A stretch of DNA of 64,000 nt from NCBI RefSeq assembly GCF_006345805.1, contig NC_043006.1, positions 65,782,001-65,846,000 on the forward strand, read 5' to 3'. The position numbers were made by a program, and so were the translations under genes. The DNA comes from Octopus sinensis (taxonomy: Eukaryota). The notes under the pieces are model-generated. The model made no database searches. It was not told the origin of the DNA and was given only the letters and a program-made list of their open reading frames with translations. Below are positions 50,394 to 62,323 of the stretch, one piece after another (within the stretch, counting starts at the first letter, position 1; the number at the start of each line of letters is the position of its first letter).

Positions 50394-53300
50394 ACAACAA
50401 ACAAGATGAGGACAAATATCCGTCAATTGTAAATAATATACATAATTCCTCATCTCTTAAGTCTAGAACTGTGGAACCCTGATCTACATTGCCAGAAAAC
50501 TTTGACCAAATGCTCTGCTAATAGGAGTTATCTCCCTTACCTGTTTCGGTTTTAAAAAGACGAATATTGAGCTGTTTTATGTCAAACTTTTTCAACTCTC
50601 AACATACGAGAAACAATTGCATTTACATTATTTGTAGAACAATCCGTTGAAACATTTCCGCCAACTTCGTATTTATAGGCGTTGCATCTCGGGGAAATGT
50701 CTTCTACTCTAGCCCCAGGCCGACCCTTGCGAGTTGATTTGGTAGATAGAAACTGAAAGAAGCCCGTCCTCCTTCTCTGCATATATACACACATACACAG
50801 AGGCATGGAGAGAGAGAGACACACACATATATATTACAAAAAAATAAGTCCTGGGATCGATTTGTTCGACTGAAAGCAGCGCTCCAGCCTGGCCGCAGTC
50901 AAATGAAATTTATACATAGATCTTTATATATATTTGCACAAATTTCCTCCGTTTTCTTCCTCGCTCTTAATCCTTTGTCGAAGAGTGTTGGTTCAAAATG
51001 TAAAAGACTTTTCTACTTTTTCCAAACATTAAATTAATACACCTGCTTGTTGTTCCTACACCTCCCCTCGTCTTCTGTAAATTTGAACTACATACATAAT
51101 ATAATATATATACACGTATGCATGTGAGCGTGTCTTTCTATATCTTGGCATCGCGTGATAGTTGTTAAAATGATTGGCATAAAAGCAATGCTATTTCCAA
51201 AATTCTGCAAAAAAGAAACATATCTGACTATGGGAAAATATTACCTTGCTTGGAAACGAGTAAAGGCTGGCGACAGGAAAGGCATCTGGTATAAAAAAAA
51301 TCTGCCCCAGATTCCCATGCATGAAAAATGGGACGTTAAAATGGTGATGACAATTATCTTCTCTGCCCTTCCGACTTATCAGTAGTATTCTCGGCTCTTG
51401 AAAGCTGGCTGTCAATTTTCATCCCCCCCCCACACAACACTAATCAATATCCATTTTTGGCTAGCAAATTTTGAAGAAAGTTTACTAATTTGAGGAGGTA
51501 GATATAGTTGTTATTTCTATCAGGATAAGTAAGCAGTTGTGTTGGTAATAAATCTTTAGACGAGATAGCATAAGAGAAAAGTGACGTTAAAGATTTGAAC
51601 TCCCACCCACAAGGTATCCAGCTACTATTGGTTGTTATTAAACTAGCAATTCCTTCCTGTTGCTAATTTCTTTTCACTAGCGAAAGACAACTTCAGATCA
51701 TGCTAGCAGCAGAAGAACAGCAAACGACTTCATCTCACACCAATATGAATGCCGGTAGCTAAAAACAAACCAAATGAAGGAATCTTCCCTACGTAGTCGT
51801 TTGACTTGCAAGACAGAGCAGCTCAATCTTCCTCAAATCACATCCTATCAAGATGGTCATGGCTTTCATAATCAGTCAGTTCTATGTTGACTTGGTAACT
51901 GAACAAATGAAACGATATTTCCATTAATCTTACACACAGAAAAAAAAAAAAAAAGCTTTCAAGCTGGAGAATAAAGTGAGGGCTGGATTTGACTGACAAC
52001 AGTAAGAGAAATAAAAACGACCTCCCTGACACCATAGGAATCAAAACAACGTTGCTCATCTGTCCGATTCAATCACTGAGTACTTCTTGCTGATTGCAGT
52101 GTTCCTAACAGGAACCCTGTGATTGCAAAGGAGGATGGCGACAAATAGATTTTTTTATACTAAACTGTCCAATACCATGAAGTAAAGAATTTTGCGCCGG
52201 TAAAGTGTCTAGTCCATTCATTAAGTGGAGTAACGTAGGGGAAAAAATTGGCGACGATAGGGACTTCTTAGTGTATGCTTAGAGAAACAACACTGCAAAA
52301 ACTAAGTTAATAGCGAGCCCCTACTGAAGCTTAGGAAATATTTTTCAACGATATACGGTGTATATCATTTTAAAGACAATTGCGTTTTTTTTTCGTTACT
52401 ATACAATCAGAAGCATTGAAAAAAAAAGCAAAACAACCTTAAGGACAGTCAAACATTTTTTTTTCAAAGAAGACCACTACAGGCGACAATTCACTTGTGT
52501 TTACTTTGAATAGCTACGGCAAACTGCAGCATGAAAATTCAAAAAAAAGTTTTTAAAAAATTGGCTTAACCCCTCCCCAACAAGGTAATTTTACAGTAGG
52601 TTTCAACAGGAAAATCGGTTACTGGTGACAAACCAACAACGTGGGGTCAGAATTTAGTTGCCAGGCAGATAGAGGAAGGGTAGTACAGTGACAGATCACA
52701 GACGAAGATAACACTAATTGCCTCGTATGAAATGGTTCACTGCGTTAACCTATGAGGCCCCTGTCAACGACCAAGTCTCTTCAATGTAAACTTATAGTAA
52801 CCAAATTTCCCCCACGTAGAAATAAAATATTTCTATGAAGTAAAGGGTTACTTTACGTCTGGTTTAAAATAAACTCCTTTGATCAGGTCTGCACGACCAG
52901 GGCAGTGTTGGGACTGGGAACTGTTGAAGTTGAAGACGAGAGTTCAGTTGGGTCTATGGAGAAACTGAAAACAAGGAGCAAACACAGACCTTGTACAACT
53001 TCGGTCAAGAGATATCTTCCACCGAGCTGTTAGAAATAGCAGCCGAATTTTTTTTAAAGTCAAACTGAACAATGCAGTATTGGATCTACAATAAAACGAG
53101 ATGGCCACGACCAAAATGTCTAATAATTTAGGGTTGGTCAGGGGTTAAATTCCAGTTGAAAGAGAACGAGCATAGCTGAATGGTTAACGAAGTTCGCTTC
53201 GCAATCACGAGACCCGGAGTTCAACCCTTCAGCATAACTCGCTAATTTTATATATTTTTTAACCCTAAACCACAAATTTGTGGCGAAATTGGGTAGACAG

Positions 53301-53606
53301 AAACTGTTGGATAGACTGTACAGGCAGTTCAACCAGGTCACATATGTCGGGCAGATTAGACCTGAGAATTACGATAAGGGTACACGTGTCTGAAATAGTC
53401 ATCCACTTGCACGTTAATTTAATAGTGAATTCAATTGATAGGACCAGTTGAGAAAATATTTCGTGAAGTGGACAAAATTATTTTACTGTGTAAAATAACG
53501 TTTCACCGAAAAGAAATTAAATTTAGCTTAAGAAATATCAAAAACAGAAAAAAGGATGGAAATTGCAGTTTAAATAGAATGTAAACAAGACATTTCTTTT
53601 TTACCT

Positions 53607-53628
53607 TTTATTACCATTTTTTTTTATT
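53607..53628 (-). terminator. Candidate boule poly(A) signals (two AATAAA)
   Basis: Plus-strand TTTATT at 53607-53612 and 53623-53628, about 1 kb past the stop. The context is AT-rich, so support is weak. Confidence 0.3.
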
Positions 53629-54659
53629 CACTTTCTTCAGAAGATACATTCATTATATGAGAGGCTGACTGTGCCAGCTGTAATGGAACTGTGTCCGAGT
53701 GCTATATAGATGTGTGTGTATGTGTTGTTTGTAATATATATGCTAGGAGCACACAAAATCTCTGCTTATATATTTCCAGCAGTTCATTTGGCAGATGTAT
53801 GTACGTGTGTGTGTGTGTGTGTGTGTTTGTGTGTACAAGATAAATACTGCACTTGGAATGCATGCATGTGTGCATATTGTAGGTACATGTTAAACTGGAC
53901 AAGTACTAACAACAATCGAGTCTACCTTTGTGTGTGTGTTATATAATTGTGTGTAGAAAGACTCCAACTGATCTTTCCTTCATAGTGCCAATGGGGGTGG
54001 AAATCTGATGTTGGGGAGGGGCACATTAAAAAAAAAAAAAATGGTGGTATAGGTGGGTGGCAGAAAGCTAAGTCCACTCCCGCCCTCCTAAAGCATGTGT
54101 GTGCATGTCGAGATTTTAATTTTCAGACAGGCTCGTTAAGTAATAATGGTGATGGTGGAGCGTTTCTTATCATCCTGTCGTTAATATATAGCAAGCAAAA
54201 GAAAATTATATATTTCTCGAAGGGGGAGGGGGTGAGAGAGAAAGATAGAAGGGGTCAAAGTGACAAGAGTTGAAGATTAGGATGTGGGTGGCCTGGAAGG
54301 TAACATTAAGCAACTTCTTTTTTTTCACCCCTCCCAGTGCGAGGGGAATTATCGATAACAGAATAGAGGAGGAGAGTGTGAGAGAAGGTGCATTCTAGTT
54401 ATCGCCTTAATCCTTTTGTAGGAAAAAAAAAAAGACAAGGATTAGGAGTTTAATAAATTAGTTTTTTTTTTGTTTTTTTTTTTACATTTTGTCATATTAA
54501 TGAAAAAGTAAACTAGATAAGAGTGGCTTATTTCTGAGGGGTATTAAATATTTTTTTTTATAGGTTGTTAATTGCTGTTTGCAAGTTACCAAACTTCTGG
54601 TACCAACACAGAGAGTGAGAGGAAAGGAAATATATCAGTCCACAATCGCCGAAAAGTTT

Positions 54660-55730
54660 TTATTTGGTACTCGGCGTTGCAGGGGGTGTCAGTAATAAAT
54701 TGCCAACTCCGTCGACAGGTTCCGTAGTGAAAGACTTCTGCAAAATACTTTGTGGGGTAGACGGTATGACCGTGGGGCCTTTCTTTGGGTGTTTCAGTAG
54801 GACAGCATTCGAATAGGGTTGATGTAGGTGGGCGCTCATTGCAACGTTCGGTCGACGCGGGTAGGCGATAAGGGTAGGTTTTGTCGGCAGTGGCGCCGTT
54901 TGCGTTTGTAAATATTCTGAGGCCATTTCTGACGATCCATTCCCGTTGTCTGTAGCTTCGTTGCCCTGAGTTTCCAGTTGATAGTTTTCAATGTACTGAC
55001 TTGGGTCTACAGGACTGGCAGCATGAGAGTATGGGTAGCCAGTTGCAGCTCCAGTAGCAGCTTGAGCCTGGTACATAAACTCGGGTGCGTACTGGACGCT
55101 AGGTAAGTTAGCAGCATAGTAGTAAGCCGGGTTGGCGTTCAGGTACGGACTTGTGGCAGACGGTTGGGCAATAGTCCAGTGAGCGGCAGGTGGCAGCCAC
55201 TGAGTAGAACCGAGATGGTAGGAATAATTGGTAGCCGGCGTAATATAGCTATTCTGAGGTTGTGAAAGTAAGACAGTACTGGTTGGATAGGCGGAAGTTG
55301 GTGCCACTGTATAGTTGTCGTCGGCTTGCAACAAGGTCATGGCATTTTGATAGGCATAGCCGAGCCCGTTGTAATAAACTGCATTTGGGGTTACTTCTCT
55401 GGCGTCAACCGTGGGAGATGGACTCTGGTGTGGTATGTGACGCTTGACAGCGGGACCGATATTAAGCCTTCGGCCACGAAAGAAAATTGGTTCCCCATCT
55501 TTGGACGCGAGACGTTCGGCGTCCTCTTGTTTTTCAAAAGTAATAAAAGCGTAGCCACGAGAGGCGCCTCCTTTGTCGATGATGATTTTCGAGTCTTTGA
55601 CCGATCCGTGCGAGGTGAAGAAAGATTTTAGGTCATTTTCAGTCGTATCTCTTGGAATTCCACCAACAAAAATCCTTTGAGGTATATAGGTACCGAACTG
55701 AGCACCGGTGGTTACCGTACCGCTGGTCAT
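54660..55730 (-). CDS. boule: Boule/DAZ-family RNA-binding protein, single uninterrupted 356-aa ORF
   Basis: N-terminal GTYIPQRIFVGGI (RNP2), RGYAFITF (RNP1) and RRLNIGPAVKR closely parallel BOLL GTVIPNRIFVGGI...KGYGFVTF...KKLNIGPAIRK. The post-RRM GLGYAYQNAMTLL resembles the boule GYPYTYHNGVAYF motif, and the C-terminus is Y/P/Q/A/S/T-rich. Stop TAA at 54662-54660. Confidence 0.93.
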   Translation of the reverse strand: MTSGTVTTGAQFGTYIPQRIFVGGIPRDTTENDLKSFFTSHGSVKDSKIIIDKGGASRGYAFITFEKQEDAERLASKDGEPIFFRGRRLNIGPAVKRHIPHQSPSPTVDAREVTPNAVYYNGLGYAYQNAMTLLQADDNYTVAPTSAYPTSTVLLSQPQNSYITPATNYSYHLGSTQWLPPAAHWTIAQPSATSPYLNANPAYYYAANLPSVQYAPEFMYQAQAATGAATGYPYSHAASPVDPSQYIENYQLETQGNEATDNGNGSSEMASEYLQTQTAPLPTKPTLIAYPRRPNVAMSAHLHQPYSNAVLLKHPKKGPTVIPSTPQSILQKSFTTEPVDGVGNLLLTPPATPSTK

Positions 55731-56704
55731 AGCGGAAGCCGAAGAAACTGTGTTGTGTAAGGCTGGCTGGGTCTGGTGTGTGACACTGGTAGCAGCAACA
55801 GATAGTGATATAGAGAAAGAAAGAAAAATAAAGAAATTTAGTATACAGACAAAGCTTATTCGTTTAATAGACTAGGTGTTTTTAATTTTTTTTTTTTTAA
55901 GAATTAAATTAAAACAATTACCTATACACATACAAAAAAAACAGCCTATAGAAAGAGCCCCACACCTCTGTTTGTGAATGAAGTCTGAATTTTATAGCAT
56001 TTGCTATCTAGGTGGAATTTCCTTTCTTTCTTTTTTTTTTAAACCGATAGTTAGGGCTAACACCCCTTTTAGAATAAATGTGTGTGATGGAGAGAGAATC
56101 TAAATTTGGACTCGGCTGCAGCCAGCTTTTCAATAAATAAATTTGAATAGAAACAAAAAAAAGTTATTGTTACCGAAAGTAGGGAAATATATACATATTT
56201 TTTAATAATGATAGCACAAAATAATGCAGAGGGTAAAGTTCATTAAAAAAAAAAAAACCAAGCAACTTTTAACTTGGTAACAGCTAAACGAGAGATTTAG
56301 TGAGTACAAATGGTAAAAGATTAGTTGGAAGAATGAACTTTCGACAGAAATATAATGGTTCGAAAGAAAATATATATTTGTAATTATCTATTAATAATGC
56401 TTTACTTTTTAGTTCTTCATTCTGAACACTGAATTCGTTTTTTTTTTTTTTTAATACATCTTCACTCAACAACCTGTAATACAAAATGTGGGTATGTATA
56501 TTTAATTATATGTATGTGTATATACTATATATATATATATATATATACATGTTTATACACATATTTACTGTGATTGAAAGGTAAACATTAATATATAAAG
56601 TTAAATTAAATACCTTTAGAATTGAATCGCAATTAAGGGTAACTTGAGCACGACACGCAAGCAATCAGGTACATACATAACGGATGTATGGAGCGACTAC
56701 TCAC

Positions 56705-56768
56705 CCTCAGCTTGGTTTCTAATCACAAGTGGGAAAGCAAAGTCCATGTTTGTTATTCGTGTCCACAT
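56705..56768 (-). other. Putative upstream (5') exon of boule, ending in a consensus donor
   Basis: Minus strand GAGG|GTGAGT with GT at 56704-56703. A matching acceptor (long pyrimidine tract then TACCAG|, AG at 55787-55786) lies 55 nt upstream of the boule ATG. The 5' boundary is unknown. Confidence 0.4.
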
Positions 56769-57469
56769 GGTGCTCTGTAACCACGTTTTACGTGATGAGC
56801 TGCATTCTTAGTTTTTCAACTTCTTATCCTTTCCCGATTCATTAAATATAAATCACAATTTCCTTGGAAAATTAAAAAAATTACTTCTTAAATATTTCAT
56901 AAAGTTAATGCTTTTCTGGATGATAAAATTATTATAATGTTAAAAATTACTTGATCGGTTCCCCACCTCTTGAAAAATTAAGGTATAGTGCATCAAAACT
57001 TAACGCCTACAGAAGCAAATTATGGAATGACATAACATACATCTTGTAATTACCTTTTTCTTTTAAGTTATACAGTATTACTATCCAGATTCATTTCAGA
57101 GGATAAATGCTATGCTTAAAATTCTTTATTAAATTTTCGCATAAATTGTTAAGAATGATAGAAATGTAATTTCTTCATTTGCTTCACGGCATACAAATTA
57201 TTACCGTTTTAATCTTCCATATTTTAACAATGCTGTACTTCATTTGTTCCCCTTCCTTTTCTGCATGCAAATATCTAAATTATTATTTGGTAGAAATTTA
57301 TTTTATTTTTCTTAAATGCTTATAGATGTTGGAAACAATTTCGAAAATTTTTGCTATTGTAATACTTGTGAAATTTTTTGAGTATGCAATAAACTTTTGA
57401 ATTTTATATGTTTTTTTTTATTCACTGCCTGAAACCGTCTTCACTAAGGTGAAAATGAAGCTGTATCAA

Positions 57470-57479
57470 AATATGGCGG
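57470..57479 (+). promoter_or_regulatory. YY1-like motif overlapping the LSM12 start codon
   Basis: AATATGGCGG fits AAnATGGCG, which is typical just downstream of housekeeping-gene TSSs. Confidence 0.45.
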
Positions 57480-57590
57480 ACAGTGAATGTTTCATTGTTG
57501 GAAGCCGGATTTCTTGCACCACCGTTTATAATGAGAAACTGGAAGGAGAGGTCGCTGCTTTCGACATAGGTACCAAATTGCTAATAATTA
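57473..57590 (+). CDS. LSM12: LSM12 homolog, first coding exon (39 codons + 1 nt; downstream exons not found in window)
   Basis: MADSECFIVGSRISCTTVYNEKLEGEVAAFDIGTKLLII aligns with the LSM12 N-terminus [34 protein letters not shown]. Similarity stops exactly at A|GTATCCTTTT. Confidence 0.88.
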
Positions 57591-57599
57591 GTATCCTTT
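57591..57599 (+). other. U12-type (minor spliceosome) 5' splice site
   Basis: GTATCCTTT immediately after the LSM12 exon matches the U12 donor consensus RTATCCTTT. Phase-1 intron. Confidence 0.85.
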
Positions 57600-58543
57600 T
57601 TACCTTCGCTTATACCTCTTGTATGTTTGTATATTTTGTTCTTTGCAGTAAATATCTTTGTAGAGAGAGGACCGTGTGCGTGAGAGAGAGAGCGAGAGAG
57701 AAAAGAGAGACAGACACGGACAGAGTTTCTGCCGGCAACAACACTTAATGTTGTAATTATACTTGTAGATTTTTATTGTTATTTAACCTCAGGTCAGCTG
57801 TGACCATCTTGTGTATTTTATTCAGGTATGGTTGTATCTAGCACAACATGTACTCGGATACTTAAAAATGGTAGGATGTGAATTTAGGGATATTAGCCTG
57901 CTATTTCTACCACGTTAAGTCTTAATTCTTGTTTTGCATTTGGTCAGCTTTGATTGTGTAGACAGACCTTATCAAAGACATTATGATTACGATCACCCTG
58001 TGTTTTATTAATAGCGTATCTAGGACTACACCATTATCTCGTGTCTATCCTTTCTTAAAATGGTTGAGTATAATATATGAGGAACATTTGACTGCTATAT
58101 CTAATTTAGCAGGTTGGGATGTAATTCTTTAGTCCCAGGTCAGCCCCTTTCGGGTGTACCTACTATCAAAGACTTTCCATCAATGAACATCTTGTCTTCT
58201 TATTCACATATATACCAAAATTCTTAGGTCAATTTATATTCCTATAACGCATCCGACATGTGAGTGGAATTCGAAGATCGATGACTACATTGTACAGTGT
58301 GTCCTTTCGTTTCTAAGACAAACCGAGGGAGATTTGGCTGCTATTTTTACCGGGTCGATCAAGATTTAACTGCTTGTTTCTGATGACCACTATACACATA
58401 ATTTCTTGTACTAGTATTATTACTACTGCTACTACTACACAAACACTGAACACCTTCCTACCCAGTCTTCATTTCTTCATCCTTGCCTCATCAGAAATTG
58501 TAATTGTTGCTACTCCCCAAACTCTTAAGCTTATCAAAATACG

Positions 58544-58589
<46 letters not shown>

Positions 58590-61392
58590 ATATTGTGTAT
58601 ATGTGTGTTTATAGAACGAAATAAGGACAACGCGAAACTCGGAGTAGCAACAGTATGACTATATGATTACGCATTCCACAGATGAAAATTAAAACCTCTG
58701 TCATCTTTCCTGCATGACAACAGTATATACGTTCCCTAAATCACACCCTTACAGTCTTTGTAACATTTAATACATTTAAAATAGATTATTGGTGAAAAAA
58801 TAAAGATTTAAAAAAATGGTTAGATGGGTACGACTGGAATAAATGTACACCAAAGTTGGACCTATATTATTTTTAATCAGTCATATATATATATATATTC
58901 TTTTTATAATAGTGTTTTATAACATTCTTTTTTGTTTATGAGATGTATATTTTGGTTACTTGACCCCACCTTAGCTCTGAGCTGATCAGCGATCAAAGGC
59001 CTTCCAGCAGTGACCATCCCATTGTTTTCTTTAGTTGAAACTGTGTATCTAGGGCTGCTTTATATAACGTGCTCTTTTAATGACTGTAGGCTTTGGTTGG
59101 AATAAGGTTGGGCTTATTCTAACGGGTTTGGCTTCCTTTACTTAGGTCGGAGTGTATTTCTTTGGCTTTTTTTTGTGTGTGTATATATATTTATATTTCC
59201 ATCCGTTTAAATGTAGTTCGAAATTGTTTTTTTCTTTTAGTTTTATTTAAGGCTTTCTCATAAAATTACAATCTGAAAGGAGCATCGTTAGTTAACGAAA
59301 ATTATTGCCGTTTTCAAATCTCGCTAGAATCGATTTGGCATTTTCTTCTCTTCAAGGGACTACTACAGTTAATAAAAAGCATGAATCGGGAATAAAATCA
59401 ATTACGAACCCTGGCAAAAGATTGGGACATGACATATTCTCTAAATATTTACTGGTTCTGCTTTGGAAGGATATAGAATGTCTTAAGTCACAGGTCTGCC
59501 CTGGTTAAGCAAACCTACAGGTAAAGGCGTTCCAACAGTGACTATCCCATTTATTGGTATACTGGGGACTATATTAAGCAATGTGTTTTAAAAAAATTGT
59601 AAGATGTAATTTGAGACTTTGACTGCTGTTTCTACCAAGTCTAGCGACCATATAGATATTCCCTCATTGATTTGAAAAGTAGCTAACCTCGGAACTTTGT
59701 GTGTGGAGGTGGAGGGTTGCATTTATTCCAATGCTGGTCTACATTTTTGTTTGGACCATCTCACTATCTTCTTGGCATTCCTTTGAACTAGTTATGATTG
59801 ATAACAGAATATCATTTAATTATGACAATCCCTCACCTCCTGGGGACTTTCAAAGGTCTGTTTATCGTGATGGTAGTTTCATACTCTTGGTCCCTACATG
59901 TTTAGCTCCAAAAACGTGAATTGATTTCGTTGCTATTTCTAGCACGTAGAACAACCTGGCAGAGGATTTTGTGTAGGTTCAGTTTCTGGTTGAAAACCTA
60001 CCAGTATTACATTTCCTTCAGCATATATTTTTAAAAAAGCATGAATATTACGTAATTATGTCTCTTTTACTGCATGCTGTTTTAAAGAAAATATCAAGGG
60101 ATTATTTAGTGACAGTGGGAGTCGCATAGTATAACATCTAATATAAGTATAGGTAAGTAAAATTGTCTTCTAGACATACAGGCTTGTCCTTTCAGGTGCT
60201 GATGCCATGTAAAAAGCACCTGTGTTGGTGCTGTGTAAGCACACCTGTGCTGGTGGCATGTAAAAGGCACTTGGCAAGGTGGTTGGCATCAGGAAGGGCA
60301 TCCAGCTATAGAAACCATGTCACTACAGACAATTGGAGTTTGGCCAGCTCCATGTCAAACCATACAACCTATACCAGCATGGAAAGTATGTTAAACAATC
60401 ATGGTGAATGACTCTGGTTACAAAGCTTGGTTCCTAACCATTTGGGTTAGGGTTCAGTCCCACTGTGCAGCACTTTGGGCAAGTATCTTCTATAGTCCTG
60501 AGCCAATCAAAGCCTTGTGAGTGGATTTGATAGATTGAAGCTGAAAAGATACCTGTGCTGGTATGATGCCAGGTAAAAAGCCCCCAATATACTTTGTAAG
60601 GTGGTTGGTGTTAAGAAGGGCACCCAGCTGTAGAAACTAAGACAAAACAGACTATGGAACCTGGTGTGGCCCCTGGCCTTTACCAGTTCCAGTCAAGCTG
60701 TTCAACCTGTGCAAGCATGGAAAACAGACATTAAGTGATGGTGTGTGCTTGTGTGTACCCTTGTCTTGGCATCATGATTGTAAAAGCACATCTCCATCAT
60801 TACAAGCAGCATAGTTTGTTTCCAGTTTTCCCTGAAAAACATGTCTGACCACAGGGGAAATATTACTGTGCTTCAAAACAAGCGAGGGTTAGTGACTGAA
60901 AGAGCATTTGGCTGTAGAAAATCTGCCTCAACAAATTTCAGCAGTTATTAATTAGTCAAACACTTTGAGTGAGTTGTTAGACAAACTGCATTGTGGTATG
61001 TAATTATGGTCTTTTGCGCTCTGAGTTCATATTCTATTATGGCTAACTTTACCTGTTAACTTTCTGGGCTAACTTTGCCTGTTATCTTACCCAGCCCTCA
61101 AATGTTGTGGCTTTGTCTCTATATTTAGAATCCCTTAAAAAAAAATGCATTGTGTATCCCCATCTTTTAATGTCTGCTTTTCCATGCTTGTATGGGTTGG
61201 ACAAAATTTGTTGTGGATTTTTTTTTTTATGGCTGGATGCCTTTCCTGTCATCAACTCTCACCTGTTTCCAAGTAAGATTTTCTCTCCCTTATTCCTGAA
61301 TATACTTTCACAGAAGATTGGAGAAAATGCTGTTTTGCCTGATGATGTCACTCATTTATGACAATCACATGATGTCAAGGCAAATAGAGAGT

Positions 61393-61431
<39 letters not shown>

Positions 61432-61602
61432 TCATCTGTATATAGGATGGTCTTCTTTCAATTTCTTTCTGCTAGTTTGGTTGTCCATTGGTTAAAGTTG
61501 AACACACTCGACCAAAGTGTCATACAGCAGGACTGAACCCAAAACCATGTGGTTGGGAAGCAAACTTCTTACTACACAACCATTCCTGTGCATGTGTGTG
61601 TG

Positions 61603-61639
<37 letters not shown>

Positions 61640-62288
61640 CGATCCCAGGACATATTCTAATATGTCTAATACTTATTCTATCGGTCTCTTTTGCCGAACT
61701 GCTAAGTTATGGGGACATAAACACACCAACATCAGTTCTCCAGCAACGGAGGCAGGACAAACACACACACAAACATATATATTATACTAGGGGTGTAGTA
61801 GAAGACACTTGCTCAAGGTGCCACACTGTGGGGCTGAACCTGGAACCATGTTGTAGGGAAACAAACTTTTTACCACACAGTCACGCCTGTGCTTAAAGCT
61901 CCTTACCACACACCCACACCTATATATACTCTTTTACTTGTTTCAGTCATTTGACTGTGGCCATGCTGGAGCACCGCCTTTAGTCCAGCAAATCGACCCC
62001 GGGACTTATCCTTTGTAAGCCCAGTACTTATTCTATCGCTCTTTTGCCGAACTGCTAAACACACCAGCATCGGTTGTCAAGCACAGACACACAAACACAC
62101 ACACACACATACATATATACACATATATGACAGGCTTCTTTCAGTTTCCGTCTACCAAATCCACTCACAAGGCATTGGTCGGCCCGGGGTTATAGCAGAA
62201 GACACTTGCCCAAGATGCCACGCAGTGGGACTGAACCTGGAACCATGTGGTTGGTTAGCAAGCTACTTACCACGCAACCACTCCTGCG

Positions 62289-62323
<35 letters not shown>

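Noticed and set aside
57449-57748. 99-aa ORF from the track as a complete protein
   Set aside because: It starts at a GTG, LSM12 similarity covers only 57473-57590, and the rest is read-through into the intron.
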